DNA of 64,000 nt, taken from the NCBI GenBank assembly GCA_017940245.1, contig JAGAYZ010000004.1:2931-66930 (forward strand), given 5' to 3'. The DNA is from Muribaculaceae bacterium (GTDB lineage: Bacteria > Bacteroidota > Bacteroidia > Bacteroidales > Muribaculaceae). Below the pieces are notes generated by a model that did no database searches, was not told where the DNA came from, and worked only from the letters and a program-made list of their open reading frames with translations. Made by a program: the position numbers and the translations under genes. Shown here in pieces: positions 28,710 to 37,729 of the stretch. The stretch's first letter is position 1; each line of letters starts with the position of its first letter.

Positions 28710-29250
28710 AATGACAACAAGAATAGGTTCTACTTAGGTAGCTGGTGCACCGTTATGGTGAGGTTGAAGAGGTCATTTTGTCTTTCGAACGGAAACATGT
28801 TTGCTTGCCTGATTCGTTTCACTACTTTTGCTGTTATTAAAACTAGATTATCAAGTGCTGTCAGTTCTTTGTTCCATGTTTGTCAACAATACGCAGCGCC
28901 GCGAGATCACATATAGACTGACATAGTTCTGCTGGCTGCTAAAGTTCCTCTACGAGGCACTTGCCAGAGTCGCTGTCTGTGACCAAGCTGCGAGAGTCTA
29001 CGACCCTCTTGCATGGTCTTTCGAACAAATAGCCTCGTCGAGGCATTATACGTCTTCGACGTGATTCTCATCGAAAACAAAGCAAAAGTCTAACGCAGTG
29101 CCAACTGCGTGGCCTTATTTGGCGCCCGGTGTATTTCTATCTTCCTGCTCGACATTCCCCCTTCCCCTCCAATGAGTAACATCGGTGATGGTGCTAATAA
29201 CCCACGAAACTAGGGCTGCGCAAATCCCATCGAATTTGCGCAGCCCCTAT
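28710..29250 (+). ncRNA. Candidate large structured non-coding RNA, family not recognised
   Basis: Own -7 box, downstream terminator, no credible ORF. Nested helices, including 5'/3' end pairing with G-U pairs that work only on the + strand. Confidence 0.6.
29211..29250. terminator. Terminator hairpin, likely bidirectional
   Basis: gggctgcgcaaat (29213-25) / atttgcgcagccc (29234-46), 13-bp perfect stem. Confidence 0.7.
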
Positions 29251-29335
29251 ATTCCTCACGACTCTCAGAGTCCACTGAGTAGCAGGGACTCTCAGAATTT
29301 ACCGAGGCAAGAAATTATTAATTGTTCATTATTAA

Positions 29336-32300
29336 TTAGCCCACTTTCAGGATGATGTTGATGATGGCGTTCACGTCTTCAACGTCGATCTTGCCATCGC
29401 CGGTCACATCGGCGTTGCCGGGATAAGAGCTGGCCGTTTTTACCTTCAGGATGATGTTGATCACGGCGTTCACGTCTTCCACATCCACCTTGTTGTCACC
29501 ATTCACGTCGCCATTGCCAGAGGCGCTGCTCTTCGGCCACAGGTTGGTATATACCTCATTGAGTCCGCTGGCCTCAGCACTGCTGAGCTTCAGGTAGGCG
29601 CTGCCGACAGCTGTCGTGTAGTTCGATGTGGGACGCACGAAGCGCAAGTTGTTCGGTGTGCGATAGTCCCAGTAGTAACCCACCGTCTGGCCATAGACAT
29701 TGACCGAGGCTGTCGGGGTTGCCACCAGATAGTTGGTCATTGGAGCCGACACGTTGGTTGCCGGTCGCTTGATGCGGTATTCCTTGCTCGTTTCCATATC
29801 CACCAGCAGCAGTCCGGTGTTCTCGGGTGCCATGTTGGCCTTGCTGAGCGTGACCTGTGCCGTGCTGTTGTTCTTGTCGTAGGCACTGGCGTAGTAAGCG
29901 GTGATATTGCTGCCCTGCAGGTCGGTGGGTACAACCGAGCTGAACGCTTGTGTGGTGGCGTAGGGCTTGATCCACACCGCCAACTTCTTTGCATAGTCGG
30001 CACCCCAGCCATTAGCTGTGGTGAGATAACCGTTGGCATACTCGTTGGGCACCCACACGGTGAAGTCGATAGCATTGCTCGTGCCCCAGGCTTTTGTGCC
30101 CAGCGTCGAAGGCTTGGCTCCGGGGAAGTAGATGGCGTTCAGTCTTGAGCTGTTAAACACATACTTGCCAATGTAGGTCACCGATGCCGGAATCTTGATT
30201 TCGCCCGAGAGCTCGGTGCTGTTGAACGCATAGTCGCCGATGTAGGTCAGTCCGTCGGGCAACACGAGGTTGGCAACGTTCACCTTGCTTGCGCTGTAGA
30301 ATGCGTCGTGGCCAATGCGGGTGATGCTTTCGGGAATATTGTTGGCGATGCCGAAGTTGGTCACACCTGCCAGCAGCGAGTCGCCCAGCTCGGTGATGAG
30401 ATAAGCGCGCTTGTCGTTCGACACGGTCCTGTCTTGTTCAGAAAAAGTCCAACCATAAGTAGATGACATTGTCGATGCCTTGATGTTGGGGTGATAGACA
30501 TACTTTGCCTTGCCGGCGTAGGTGGTACCTTTGTAGGTGGTCGTATTGGTGCTGGTGATGGTTAGGAAATAACGTCCGGTGTATTCATTGTCGTAGGCAA
30601 AGTCGTAGGCACCGCCGGTGATGTAGGCGGCACGCGACTTGAGTGCACCGTTCTTCCACTGGTTGACGACACCCATGGGCACACGGATGTAGCAATTTGA
30701 CGGCACGTCGGTAAAGTCCCAACCGCTATAATTATAGTAGACGGAACTGGCGAGGTTAAATATAAACTCGGTTAATGTTTTTGTATTTTTGCATACCGTT
30801 CCATAAATCTGATTTAACGACCCCGGAATAATGATGCGCGAATATTTACCATTACCGAAAGCATAATTTCCTAATGAATTTACACCATAGGGCAGTGCTA
30901 TCGTACCCGTGATAGCAGTATTGCAGAATGCGTAGTTTCCAATCGTTCTTAATGTGTGGGTAAAGGGATAAGAAATGACTTGCTGATTAAGGAATGCGGA
31001 TTCGCCTACGATTTGCACATTCTCACAACCGGTAACAGTGAAGTTGCTGGTGTGATTGTTGAATGCATCTTCACCAATCATAGTAACGGCATACGACTTG
31101 CCGCCCGCCGTAACGCTTGCAGGAATATCTACCGTGGTTTGGCTATTATCAGCGGCGTAATTATAGCAAACCACCTTCGCGGTTCCGTTATAGCTCTTGC
31201 CATTAACAGTGGTGGCAGAAGTGCTTGTCACGGTAAATCCCAGGTTATAGCCGCTGATGTCGTAGGCTTGCCTACTGTCGTTATTTACTGCATTAAATCC
31301 TGTCCAGCCGGCATCCTTGTAGGTTTGTTCCGTGCCATAGGGCACATAGATTCGCATACTTGAGTTGGGGCCGAAGTAACTGCTGGCGATCACCGTCGGG
31401 GGATTTGCCATGTTGCAATAGATGTAATTGTTGCTTTGGGTGCCGTAGAACACGCGGTCGTTGCTCAGCGAGGTTACCGAGCTGGGAATTTTCACATAGT
31501 TCAATCCCGTGGTGCCATAGAAAGCACCCGCCTGAATGTTCTTTACGCCGTAGGGCAGGTAGATATCGGTAACCTTGGTACAATTATAGAATGCCCATTG
31601 GTACACGGTTTGCAAGGTGCTGGGGAATGAAATGTTACCCGACTTGCCTTGTGGCACTTGATAAAGCACTGATTGGCTCTTGTCGTAGAGACAGCCGCTG
31701 TAGGCCGATAAATTTGAATTGTCGCTATGAACGGCAAATTCGGTCAATGCCGTGCAGCCATATACAGCACTCATCATCCAGTTGGACAGCGACTTGGGTA
31801 AGATGACCTTTGTGAGTGCGGTGCTGTTGTAAAAAGCGTTGCCTTTAACCTGTGTCAGGTTAGTGGCATTGGTCAGGTCGATCGTGGTCACGGTGTTGTT
31901 GGCGGCAAGCGCGTATTGGCCAATCTTGGTCCACTTGTAGGTAACCCCCTTGCCGGCTGTAGCAGTGGGTGTAGACGTTGGGCGGCCATTGATGGTGGCA
32001 TAGGCCGATGTCAGGTATGTCACTGTGGCGTTGCGTGTGGCGCCATAGCCATTAGTGTCGCTGCTGCCGATGGTCAGTCCATAGCCGTATTGGTCGGTAG
32101 AATTTGATAATCGAACGTCGGAAGCCCTATAGTTGTCACGGTAGATGTTGGTAAACTTAGAGCCCAGGAGACTGCTTTTAATTTCAGCATCGCTCTTGGT
32201 CATCTCATAGTTAACCCAGAGCGTCATACCCGAATTGTTCGGGAAAGCGGTAGACGTGATCGATGGCGTATCAAAGCCGCACCAGGTGACTTCTTTTAGC

Positions 32301-32719
32301 GCCGAACAGCCCCAGAAGACGTCGGTTTCAAGACTTTGCACTGAACTGGCCAACTTCACGCTGGTTAATTTTTTACAATTCCTGAAGGCGTAGTTGTTGA
32401 TTGTAGATACGCCCCAGTAGATAGTCACGCCGGTAATGTTGGTTCCGGAGAATGCACTTTCATCAATTGCATACACGCGATAATTGTTGCCGTCGCTGTA
32501 GGTGATTCCCGACGGGATGATAATACTGCCGATGGTATTGTCATCGCTCTTGGTCTTTCCGCTAGAACTTAGACCTTTACATATCACCATCTTGGTAGAT
32601 AGGCCCGAGGGCGTGTAGAGCTCAAATGAGAGATCGCCCACGTCGTGGGCTGCCGCGGTGAAAGTCGACACTGAAATCAGCGCGGCCAGCAGTGTTTTAA
32701 GTAGTCTTTTTGTTTTCAT
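29336..32719 (-). CDS. BspA-type LRR_5 surface protein with C-terminal dockerin-like domain
   Basis: Many IGxxAFxxCxxLxxIxLP repeats; GDVNGDNKVDVEDVNAVINIILK duplicated at the C-terminus. Confidence 0.9.
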   Translation of the reverse strand: MKTKRLLKTLLAALISVSTFTAAAHDVGDLSFELYTPSGLSTKMVICKGLSSSGKTKSDDNTIGSIIIPSGITYSDGNNYRVYAIDESAFSGTNITGVTIYWGVSTINNYAFRNCKKLTSVKLASSVQSLETDVFWGCSALKEVTWCGFDTPSITSTAFPNNSGMTLWVNYEMTKSDAEIKSSLLGSKFTNIYRDNYRASDVRLSNSTDQYGYGLTIGSSDTNGYGATRNATVTYLTSAYATINGRPTSTPTATAGKGVTYKWTKIGQYALAANNTVTTIDLTNATNLTQVKGNAFYNSTALTKVILPKSLSNWMMSAVYGCTALTEFAVHSDNSNLSAYSGCLYDKSQSVLYQVPQGKSGNISFPSTLQTVYQWAFYNCTKVTDIYLPYGVKNIQAGAFYGTTGLNYVKIPSSVTSLSNDRVFYGTQSNNYIYCNMANPPTVIASSYFGPNSSMRIYVPYGTEQTYKDAGWTGFNAVNNDSRQAYDISGYNLGFTVTSTSATTVNGKSYNGTAKVVCYNYAADNSQTTVDIPASVTAGGKSYAVTMIGEDAFNNHTSNFTVTGCENVQIVGESAFLNQQVISYPFTHTLRTIGNYAFCNTAITGTIALPYGVNSLGNYAFGNGKYSRIIIPGSLNQIYGTVCKNTKTLTEFIFNLASSVYYNYSGWDFTDVPSNCYIRVPMGVVNQWKNGALKSRAAYITGGAYDFAYDNEYTGRYFLTITSTNTTTYKGTTYAGKAKYVYHPNIKASTMSSTYGWTFSEQDRTVSNDKRAYLITELGDSLLAGVTNFGIANNIPESITRIGHDAFYSASKVNVANLVLPDGLTYIGDYAFNSTELSGEIKIPASVTYIGKYVFNSSRLNAIYFPGAKPSTLGTKAWGTSNAIDFTVWVPNEYANGYLTTANGWGADYAKKLAVWIKPYATTQAFSSVVPTDLQGSNITAYYASAYDKNNSTAQVTLSKANMAPENTGLLLVDMETSKEYRIKRPATNVSAPMTNYLVATPTASVNVYGQTVGYYWDYRTPNNLRFVRPTSNYTTAVGSAYLKLSSAEASGLNEVYTNLWPKSSASGNGDVNGDNKVDVEDVNAVINIILKVKTASSYPGNADVTGDGKIDVEDVNAIINIILKVG

Positions 32720-32890
32720 AACTAGTAAAAATTGATGTTTATAATATTGTGTTTATTATGAAAGAACTTGGGTATAATTTATGTAACTTGCGCAAATATA
32801 GTTATAATTTTTATAATGACCTAACAAGATATTAATTTTTTTTCATTTCTCTTGTAATTTTGTTGACATTCCGATTGGTAGGCGGCGGTT

Positions 32891-34321
32891 TCAACGTCTG
32901 TTCACGCGGCAGGTGCCGGAGTAGTTGATGTGGCCGCAGTGCTCCAGGAAGTCGCGCGTCATCTTTTCGGTCTTGACGTTCAGGTTGCGTCCCGGGTCTT
33001 TGCGTGGCGAGGCGCAGATCGAGGCCACATAGGTGTGAGTGGCTAGCCGATAGGTGCGCTTGAGGTCCAGCTTCTTGCCGGCAAGGGTGAACAGTTGCAC
33101 ATCCTTCACGCGTGTGGAGTCGTTGCTGTCGACGGTGTATTCTACCTTGAATCCGCTCACGCATGGTGGACCATACTTGTCGTTGCGGCTGCAGTCCAGC
33201 ACCATCTGGCGCAGTTCCTTGCCCGTGACGTTCATCTCCACCACCTCGTTGCCAAAGGGGTCGAGCTTGAGCACGTCGGACACGGTGAACGCTCCCGCCG
33301 GGTGGGTCTCGTAGCGCACGCCGCCGCGGTTGATCATGGCCACATCGGCACCGGTTTCTACCTTGAGGGCATCGCTCAGCATGCAACCCAACTGCTCGTA
33401 GGAGGTGAAGGGGGCGTCGACGGTACACAGCGTGCGCTGGAACTCGGGATTATTGCTGAAGAAATCCACCATGTTCTGCACCACAGGGTTAGACTGCGAG
33501 CCGTGGGCCAGAGCGATGTTTTCGGCCTTCTTGTCCACGACGCGGCCGTCGCGCAGGGTGATGGTGGTGTGGGTGACGCGCTCGAGGCGGTTCACATTCT
33601 GGGTGATGAGGATGCCGTGGTGCATCTCGCCGCCATTGAGCTGGGTGTGGCTGTGGCCACCCACAATGACGTCGGCCCAGGGTGTGACGGCCGCAAGACG
33701 CACGTCGTCGTCAAAGCCCAAGTGAGTGAGCAGGACCACCACGTGGCACGAGTCGCGAAGCCAGCTGTAGCGCTGCACGGTCTCGACGACGGGGTCGAAG
33801 GTCATGCCCACGCAGTTGTCGGGGTGCGTGTCGGGAGTGCCTCGCTTGCCTACCTGCACCGCACCCACGATGCCCACCTTGATGCCGCCTGCGTCAAAAA
33901 TCTTGTAGGGCCGTGTGTGGATGCCCAGCGATGGGTCGGCGTGGATGTTGCAGCACAAGTGCGGAAAGTGTGCCAACTGCGTGACGCGTCCCAGTCCTGC
34001 GCCGCCCGTGTCAAACTCGTGGTTGCCCAGCGCCGAAGCGTCGAATCCCACTTGATTCATGAGCGCCACCATGGGATAGGCGGGAATCTCGTAGATGTCG
34101 TTGATGGGGTCGCCTGTGCGATTGTCGCCGGCCGAGAGCACCAGTAGCGAGGGGTAGAGCGTGCGCAGACTGTCGATGGTGGCGGCCAGTTGCGGAAAGG
34201 CCTGCAGGTTGGCGTGCATGTCGTTGGTCGAGAGGATGTGTACCTCTCCGGTCTGTCCCAGCAGTGCGACCGCACCTGTCCACAGTGCTACAAGCGTCGC
34301 AAGTAATCTGTTGTGTTTCAT
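32891..34321 (-). CDS. Periplasmic 5'-nucleotidase / bifunctional metallophosphoesterase
   Basis: TNDMH, SAGD, LGNHEFD, LTHLG, GGHSH, and a C-terminal domain with INRGGVR...PFGN. Confidence 0.92.
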   Translation of the reverse strand: MKHNRLLATLVALWTGAVALLGQTGEVHILSTNDMHANLQAFPQLAATIDSLRTLYPSLLVLSAGDNRTGDPINDIYEIPAYPMVALMNQVGFDASALGNHEFDTGGAGLGRVTQLAHFPHLCCNIHADPSLGIHTRPYKIFDAGGIKVGIVGAVQVGKRGTPDTHPDNCVGMTFDPVVETVQRYSWLRDSCHVVVLLTHLGFDDDVRLAAVTPWADVIVGGHSHTQLNGGEMHHGILITQNVNRLERVTHTTITLRDGRVVDKKAENIALAHGSQSNPVVQNMVDFFSNNPEFQRTLCTVDAPFTSYEQLGCMLSDALKVETGADVAMINRGGVRYETHPAGAFTVSDVLKLDPFGNEVVEMNVTGKELRQMVLDCSRNDKYGPPCVSGFKVEYTVDSNDSTRVKDVQLFTLAGKKLDLKRTYRLATHTYVASICASPRKDPGRNLNVKTEKMTRDFLEHCGHINYSGTCRVNRR

Positions 34322-34327
34322 AAAGCG

Positions 34328-34522
34328 TTATGCCAGTTTAATGTGGTCGCCATCGTTTAGCGGAGCGTCCAAGTCGATGCGGTGCCCGTGGGCATCAGTG
34401 ACGCTGATGAGGGCAAGTCGCGAAGTGTTGATGCGGTGCCTGACAAAATATTGCAGCACTGCATGGCGCACCCGTGCTCCGTCGAAAATATCCACCTCCG
34501 TTCTGTTGACTCTCACTTTCAT
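34328..34522 (-). CDS. Small beta-grasp-like hypothetical protein
   Basis: MKVRVN...LDAPLNDGDHIKLA resembles the ThiS/MoaD pattern but lacks the terminal GG; stops 6 nt before the nucleotidase. Confidence 0.65.
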   Translation of the reverse strand: MKVRVNRTEVDIFDGARVRHAVLQYFVRHRINTSRLALISVTDAHGHRIDLDAPLNDGDHIKLA

Positions 34523-34708
34523 GATTGTGTGCAAGTTTCAGTGTTACGCTGCAAATTTAATGAAAAAAATTGGATAAAAGGGCAAGTAGGGTACGGGAGG
34601 CGCGAAAAAATGCCGCCCTCCATCGGCAACTGTGCCATTTTCGGGTTGCCCAGTTGCACAATTACGTGAAATTGCCTAATTTTGCCGAGTAATAAAAAAT
34701 GAATCATT

Positions 34709-34957
34709 ATGGATAACGCACTCAATTTAAGCGCCGAGTTCTTGCGCGACTTGGGAATCGTGGCACAAGATGAAAGTCGGTTGCGCCGTGCCATGCGCTA
34801 CATCAAGCGGCTGGCTGCCGAGAAACCCGACCCCACGCTGATGACGAAGGAGGAATTCTTTGCCGAGGTAGATGAAGCGCTAGAGGAAGCCCGCCAGGGG
34901 AAAGGCCGTCGTTTCACTGACGTAAATGAAATGAATCGTTGGCTTAATTCTTTATAG
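34709..34957 (+). CDS. Putative antitoxin
   Basis: Small protein with acidic C-terminus MTKEEFFAEVDEALEEARQGKG, directly upstream of a Txe/YoeB toxin. Confidence 0.8.
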   Translation: MDNALNLSAEFLRDLGIVAQDESRLRRAMRYIKRLAAEKPDPTLMTKEEFFAEVDEALEEARQGKGRRFTDVNEMNRWLNSL

Positions 34958-34959
34958 AT

Positions 34960-35235
34960 ATGAGCTATACTATCGAATTTGAGCCTAAAGCCGAGAAAGG
35001 TTTAGAAAAACTAAAAAGGAGTGAGCCATCGGCATTTAAAAAGGCTGTTAAGTTGCTGGGCGAATTGGCCGAGCATCCCCGCACGGGTACTGGTCATCCC
35101 GAGCCGCTCAGTGGTGACTGAGCCGGTCAGTGGAGTCGGCAGATCACCAAAAAACACCGGCTTGTGTATCAAATCAAAGATACCGAAGTGCTGGTGCTGG
35201 TGCTCACAGCCTACGGCCACTATGAGGACAAATAG
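34960..35235 (+). pseudogene. yoeB: Txe/YoeB family toxin with an in-frame TGA at codon 54
   Basis: MSYTIEFEPKAEKGLEKLKRSEPSAFKKAVKLLGELAEHPRTGTGHPEPLSGD*AGQWSRQITKKHRLVYQIKDTEVLVLVLTAYGHYEDK; TGA at 35119-35121. Confidence 0.85.
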
Positions 35236-35271
35236 CAGTATCGGCCCAGTCTAAAAAACAGGGGTAATAAA

Positions 35272-35309
35272 CGGCAGCCCCGCTCTCGATTGTCGGGGAG
35301 CGGGGCTGT
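35272..35309. terminator. Terminator hairpin between convergent genes
   Basis: cagccccgctc...gagcggggctg stem. Confidence 0.65.
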
Positions 35310-35615
35310 GAGCTTTAAGCTGTGGGCTGTGAGCTGTGAGCTATGGGCTGTGAGCTAAAGTGTAACTTTCAGCTAATAATAGTAGTTTCCTGAGTTCTCT
35401 GAGTCCAATTCATAATTCAAAATTTATAATTATCAATTAGTTACACTTTCAGGATGATGTTGATCACGGCGTTGACGTCGGTCACATCCACCTTTCCGTC
35501 GCCATCCACGTCGGGGTTGCCCTGATAGTCACCGGCAGTCTTGGTCTTGAGGATGATGTTGATGATGGCGTTGACGTCGGTCACGTCCACCTTGCCGTCG
35601 CCATCCACGTCGCCG
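35310..35615. repeat. ~300-bp direct repeat copy 1 (heptamer gctgtga tract + 3'UTR + dockerin coding sequence)
   Basis: Near-identical to ~40498-40790, including gctaaagtgtaactttcagctaataatagtagttt. Confidence 0.85.
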
Positions 35616-37603
35616 GTAACAGTCGCTTGCAAGCGCAGTATCTGATATGGTCCACGATGATCCTGACCCTGGGCATTGCAAAGCTGTCCGCGGTTGAAAT
35701 AGCCACCTTCGGGAAGTGCCACATAGCAGTCAACGAGCTGCACATCGTCGATCACGTAGAATTCGCCGTTGGGAGCCTCCGATATGATACTTGAATTCTC
35801 GATGGTAAGCTTTTCGTCCCAATTCTCGGAACCTATGTAGGCAGTACCGGTGATGTGGATGTCGATATCCTTGATGTAGCAGCGTGTGCCGTAACCGCTT
35901 ATGTAATAGATGGCAGGTGTGGTGGAGTTGCCGTCGGGCACATTGATGTTGAGTTTCGCGTATTGGTCACCGTCGGTGATGCCCTGAATCACGTCGCCAT
36001 CCAGATTGTTATAAATGATAGCCGGGCGACTACCTTGGGTGGCATTGAGGGTGACTTCGCCCGCAATCATAATTTTCAGACCGTGTACTGTTCGGCCTAA
36101 TCTTATGCAATCCACTGCGGTGATTGTGGCATTGGTGAGCGTGAGCACGTTGTCATAGGGGTTATAGGTAACAGAGCCGGTAATGCCGGTGCCGGTAACA
36201 TTGTTCATGTTGGCTTCGGTAATCTGAACATCGCCCACGATAATGGAATAGTCGGTGATTCCGTAGAAAGGCACCCACTCGCCGTTGAGGTATTGCATCG
36301 GAGTCCATCCGCGGTCGATGGCATCGCGCAACTCCGAGCAATCATACATTGTGTTGCCCTCGGTGAGGTTTGAGTTGTCGTACATGCGGAAGTAGGTGGT
36401 GGACGAGGTCTGAGGCAGTGCGACGAAAAGCTGCACCATTACATTGAACGGGAGGCGGTTGCGGTAGCAGTAGAGTTGTGTGAGCGCCGGGCAGTTGTCG
36501 ATGTTGAGTGACGTGAGCCTGTTGTTATGGCAGAACAGCCTAAAAAGGCTTTGATGCCCGCTCACGTCCAGGTTAGTGATGTAGTTGTTATAGCAATCGA
36601 GCCGGCGCAGTTTGGTGTTTTTGCTCACGTTGAGCGCCGAGAGATTGTTGTCGTTGCAAGCCAGTGTTTGCAGCTCTTTGAAGTACTCGATGCCCTGCAG
36701 GCTCTGAATACTCTTATTGGCTAAAGAAAGGTTGGTAACGGCATTACGCTCATCGTAGGAGAGCATCCCGTCGGCATCGGTATCGTATTGTTCAATGGCG
36801 GTGCGGAATCGGGCATCGGGGAAATAGTCGGCGGTCAGCGGTAACTTATACTCGACAAACGCGTCTGCACTCTGGCTGTAGTAATAGGGAGTCCAGCCTT
36901 TGGCACGAATGAGTTCAATGTCGTCTTTGGTCAATGCCCTGTTGTCGTGTGAAGCGTTTTCGTAGCCATAGTACAACTCGCCATCGGTGACTGTTGGCAG
37001 ATTCGAGAGGAAATTTGATGCTTGAGTGCCTTGCAGATTGTTGCCATACATCCATATTTTTTGCAGCCCGGTGCAACCCGAAATGTTTAGTGTGCTTAAA
37101 TTGCAGTTGTTGCAATACAGCGTGGTTAGCTGCGTGAGGCCTGACACATTAAGGAAGGTCATAGTTGTGTTGTATTGGCATTCTACACTTTTGAGCCGGG
37201 TATTGTTCGTCAAGTCGAGCGAGGTTAACTCGTTGCGATAGAGGGAGAGATTCTCGAGAAGTTTGTTGTTGGAGAGATTAATGGTAGTCAACCTGTTGCT
37301 ATGGCATATGAGGGCACGGAGGCTGGTGAAGTATTCAATGCCTTGCAGCGTTTTGATTGTGGTGTGGAAGTAGGCAGGGTTCATGTTCTTAGTGGCGGCA
37401 AGCTCGGCATCCGTAAATACGCCATCAGCTCCCGGATACACATACTGTCCATTAATAATGTAGCCAACGTGCTCGTTTTGTAAATAGTAGCGGAAGTCAT
37501 AATCAGGGAAGTTGGTCTCGTTGATTACGACATCGGCTTGTGCAGTGAAAGCAGCTAAGGCAATCACGGCAAACAGTACTTGTTGGTGAATTATATTTTT
37601 CAT
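35441..37603 (-). CDS. IRREKO/internalin-like LRR protein with beta-rich module and C-terminal dockerin
   Basis: INETNFPDYDFR cap; LQGIEYF; LxxLxCxxNxLxxLDL repeats; GDVDGDGKVDVTDV twice. Confidence 0.88.
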   Translation of the reverse strand: MKNIIHQQVLFAVIALAAFTAQADVVINETNFPDYDFRYYLQNEHVGYIINGQYVYPGADGVFTDAELAATKNMNPAYFHTTIKTLQGIEYFTSLRALICHSNRLTTINLSNNKLLENLSLYRNELTSLDLTNNTRLKSVECQYNTTMTFLNVSGLTQLTTLYCNNCNLSTLNISGCTGLQKIWMYGNNLQGTQASNFLSNLPTVTDGELYYGYENASHDNRALTKDDIELIRAKGWTPYYYSQSADAFVEYKLPLTADYFPDARFRTAIEQYDTDADGMLSYDERNAVTNLSLANKSIQSLQGIEYFKELQTLACNDNNLSALNVSKNTKLRRLDCYNNYITNLDVSGHQSLFRLFCHNNRLTSLNIDNCPALTQLYCYRNRLPFNVMVQLFVALPQTSSTTYFRMYDNSNLTEGNTMYDCSELRDAIDRGWTPMQYLNGEWVPFYGITDYSIIVGDVQITEANMNNVTGTGITGSVTYNPYDNVLTLTNATITAVDCIRLGRTVHGLKIMIAGEVTLNATQGSRPAIIYNNLDGDVIQGITDGDQYAKLNINVPDGNSTTPAIYYISGYGTRCYIKDIDIHITGTAYIGSENWDEKLTIENSSIISEAPNGEFYVIDDVQLVDCYVALPEGGYFNRGQLCNAQGQDHRGPYQILRLQATVTGDVDGDGKVDVTDVNAIINIILKTKTAGDYQGNPDVDGDGKVDVTDVNAVINIILKV

Positions 37604-37698
37604 TCGAAAACATTTGTGTTGTGAAGTGCTGTATATCAACACTTCGGGTTAATATTTCAAGTTATTGAGAGACGAAAGAAAACACACTGCTTGTAGCT

Positions 37699-37728
37699 TG
37701 GTTCTCGGTTCTCGGTTCTCGGTTCTCG
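37699..37728. repeat. Heptamer tandem repeat (ggttctc) x4
   Basis: Directly visible after the stop codon of 37730..40459. Confidence 0.85.
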
Positions 37729-37729
37729 T

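Noticed and set aside
28707-28916. 69-aa ORF inside the candidate ncRNA
   Set aside because: It starts 2 nt after the -7 box (probably upstream of the TSS), has no recognisable features, and the region is better explained by base-pairing. Not fully excluded.
28710-29250. tmRNA, RNase P, SRP or tRNA identity
   Set aside because: No tRNA-like ends, tag peptide or GAGGAAAGUCC signature was seen on either strand.
35119-35121. TGA recoding (selenocysteine or alternative genetic code)
   Set aside because: TGA terminates other genes here (e.g. at 24735), and this toxin position is not a Cys/Sec site.
35304-35356. CRISPR array
   Set aside because: These are only 7-bp tandem units, with no spacers and no cas genes.
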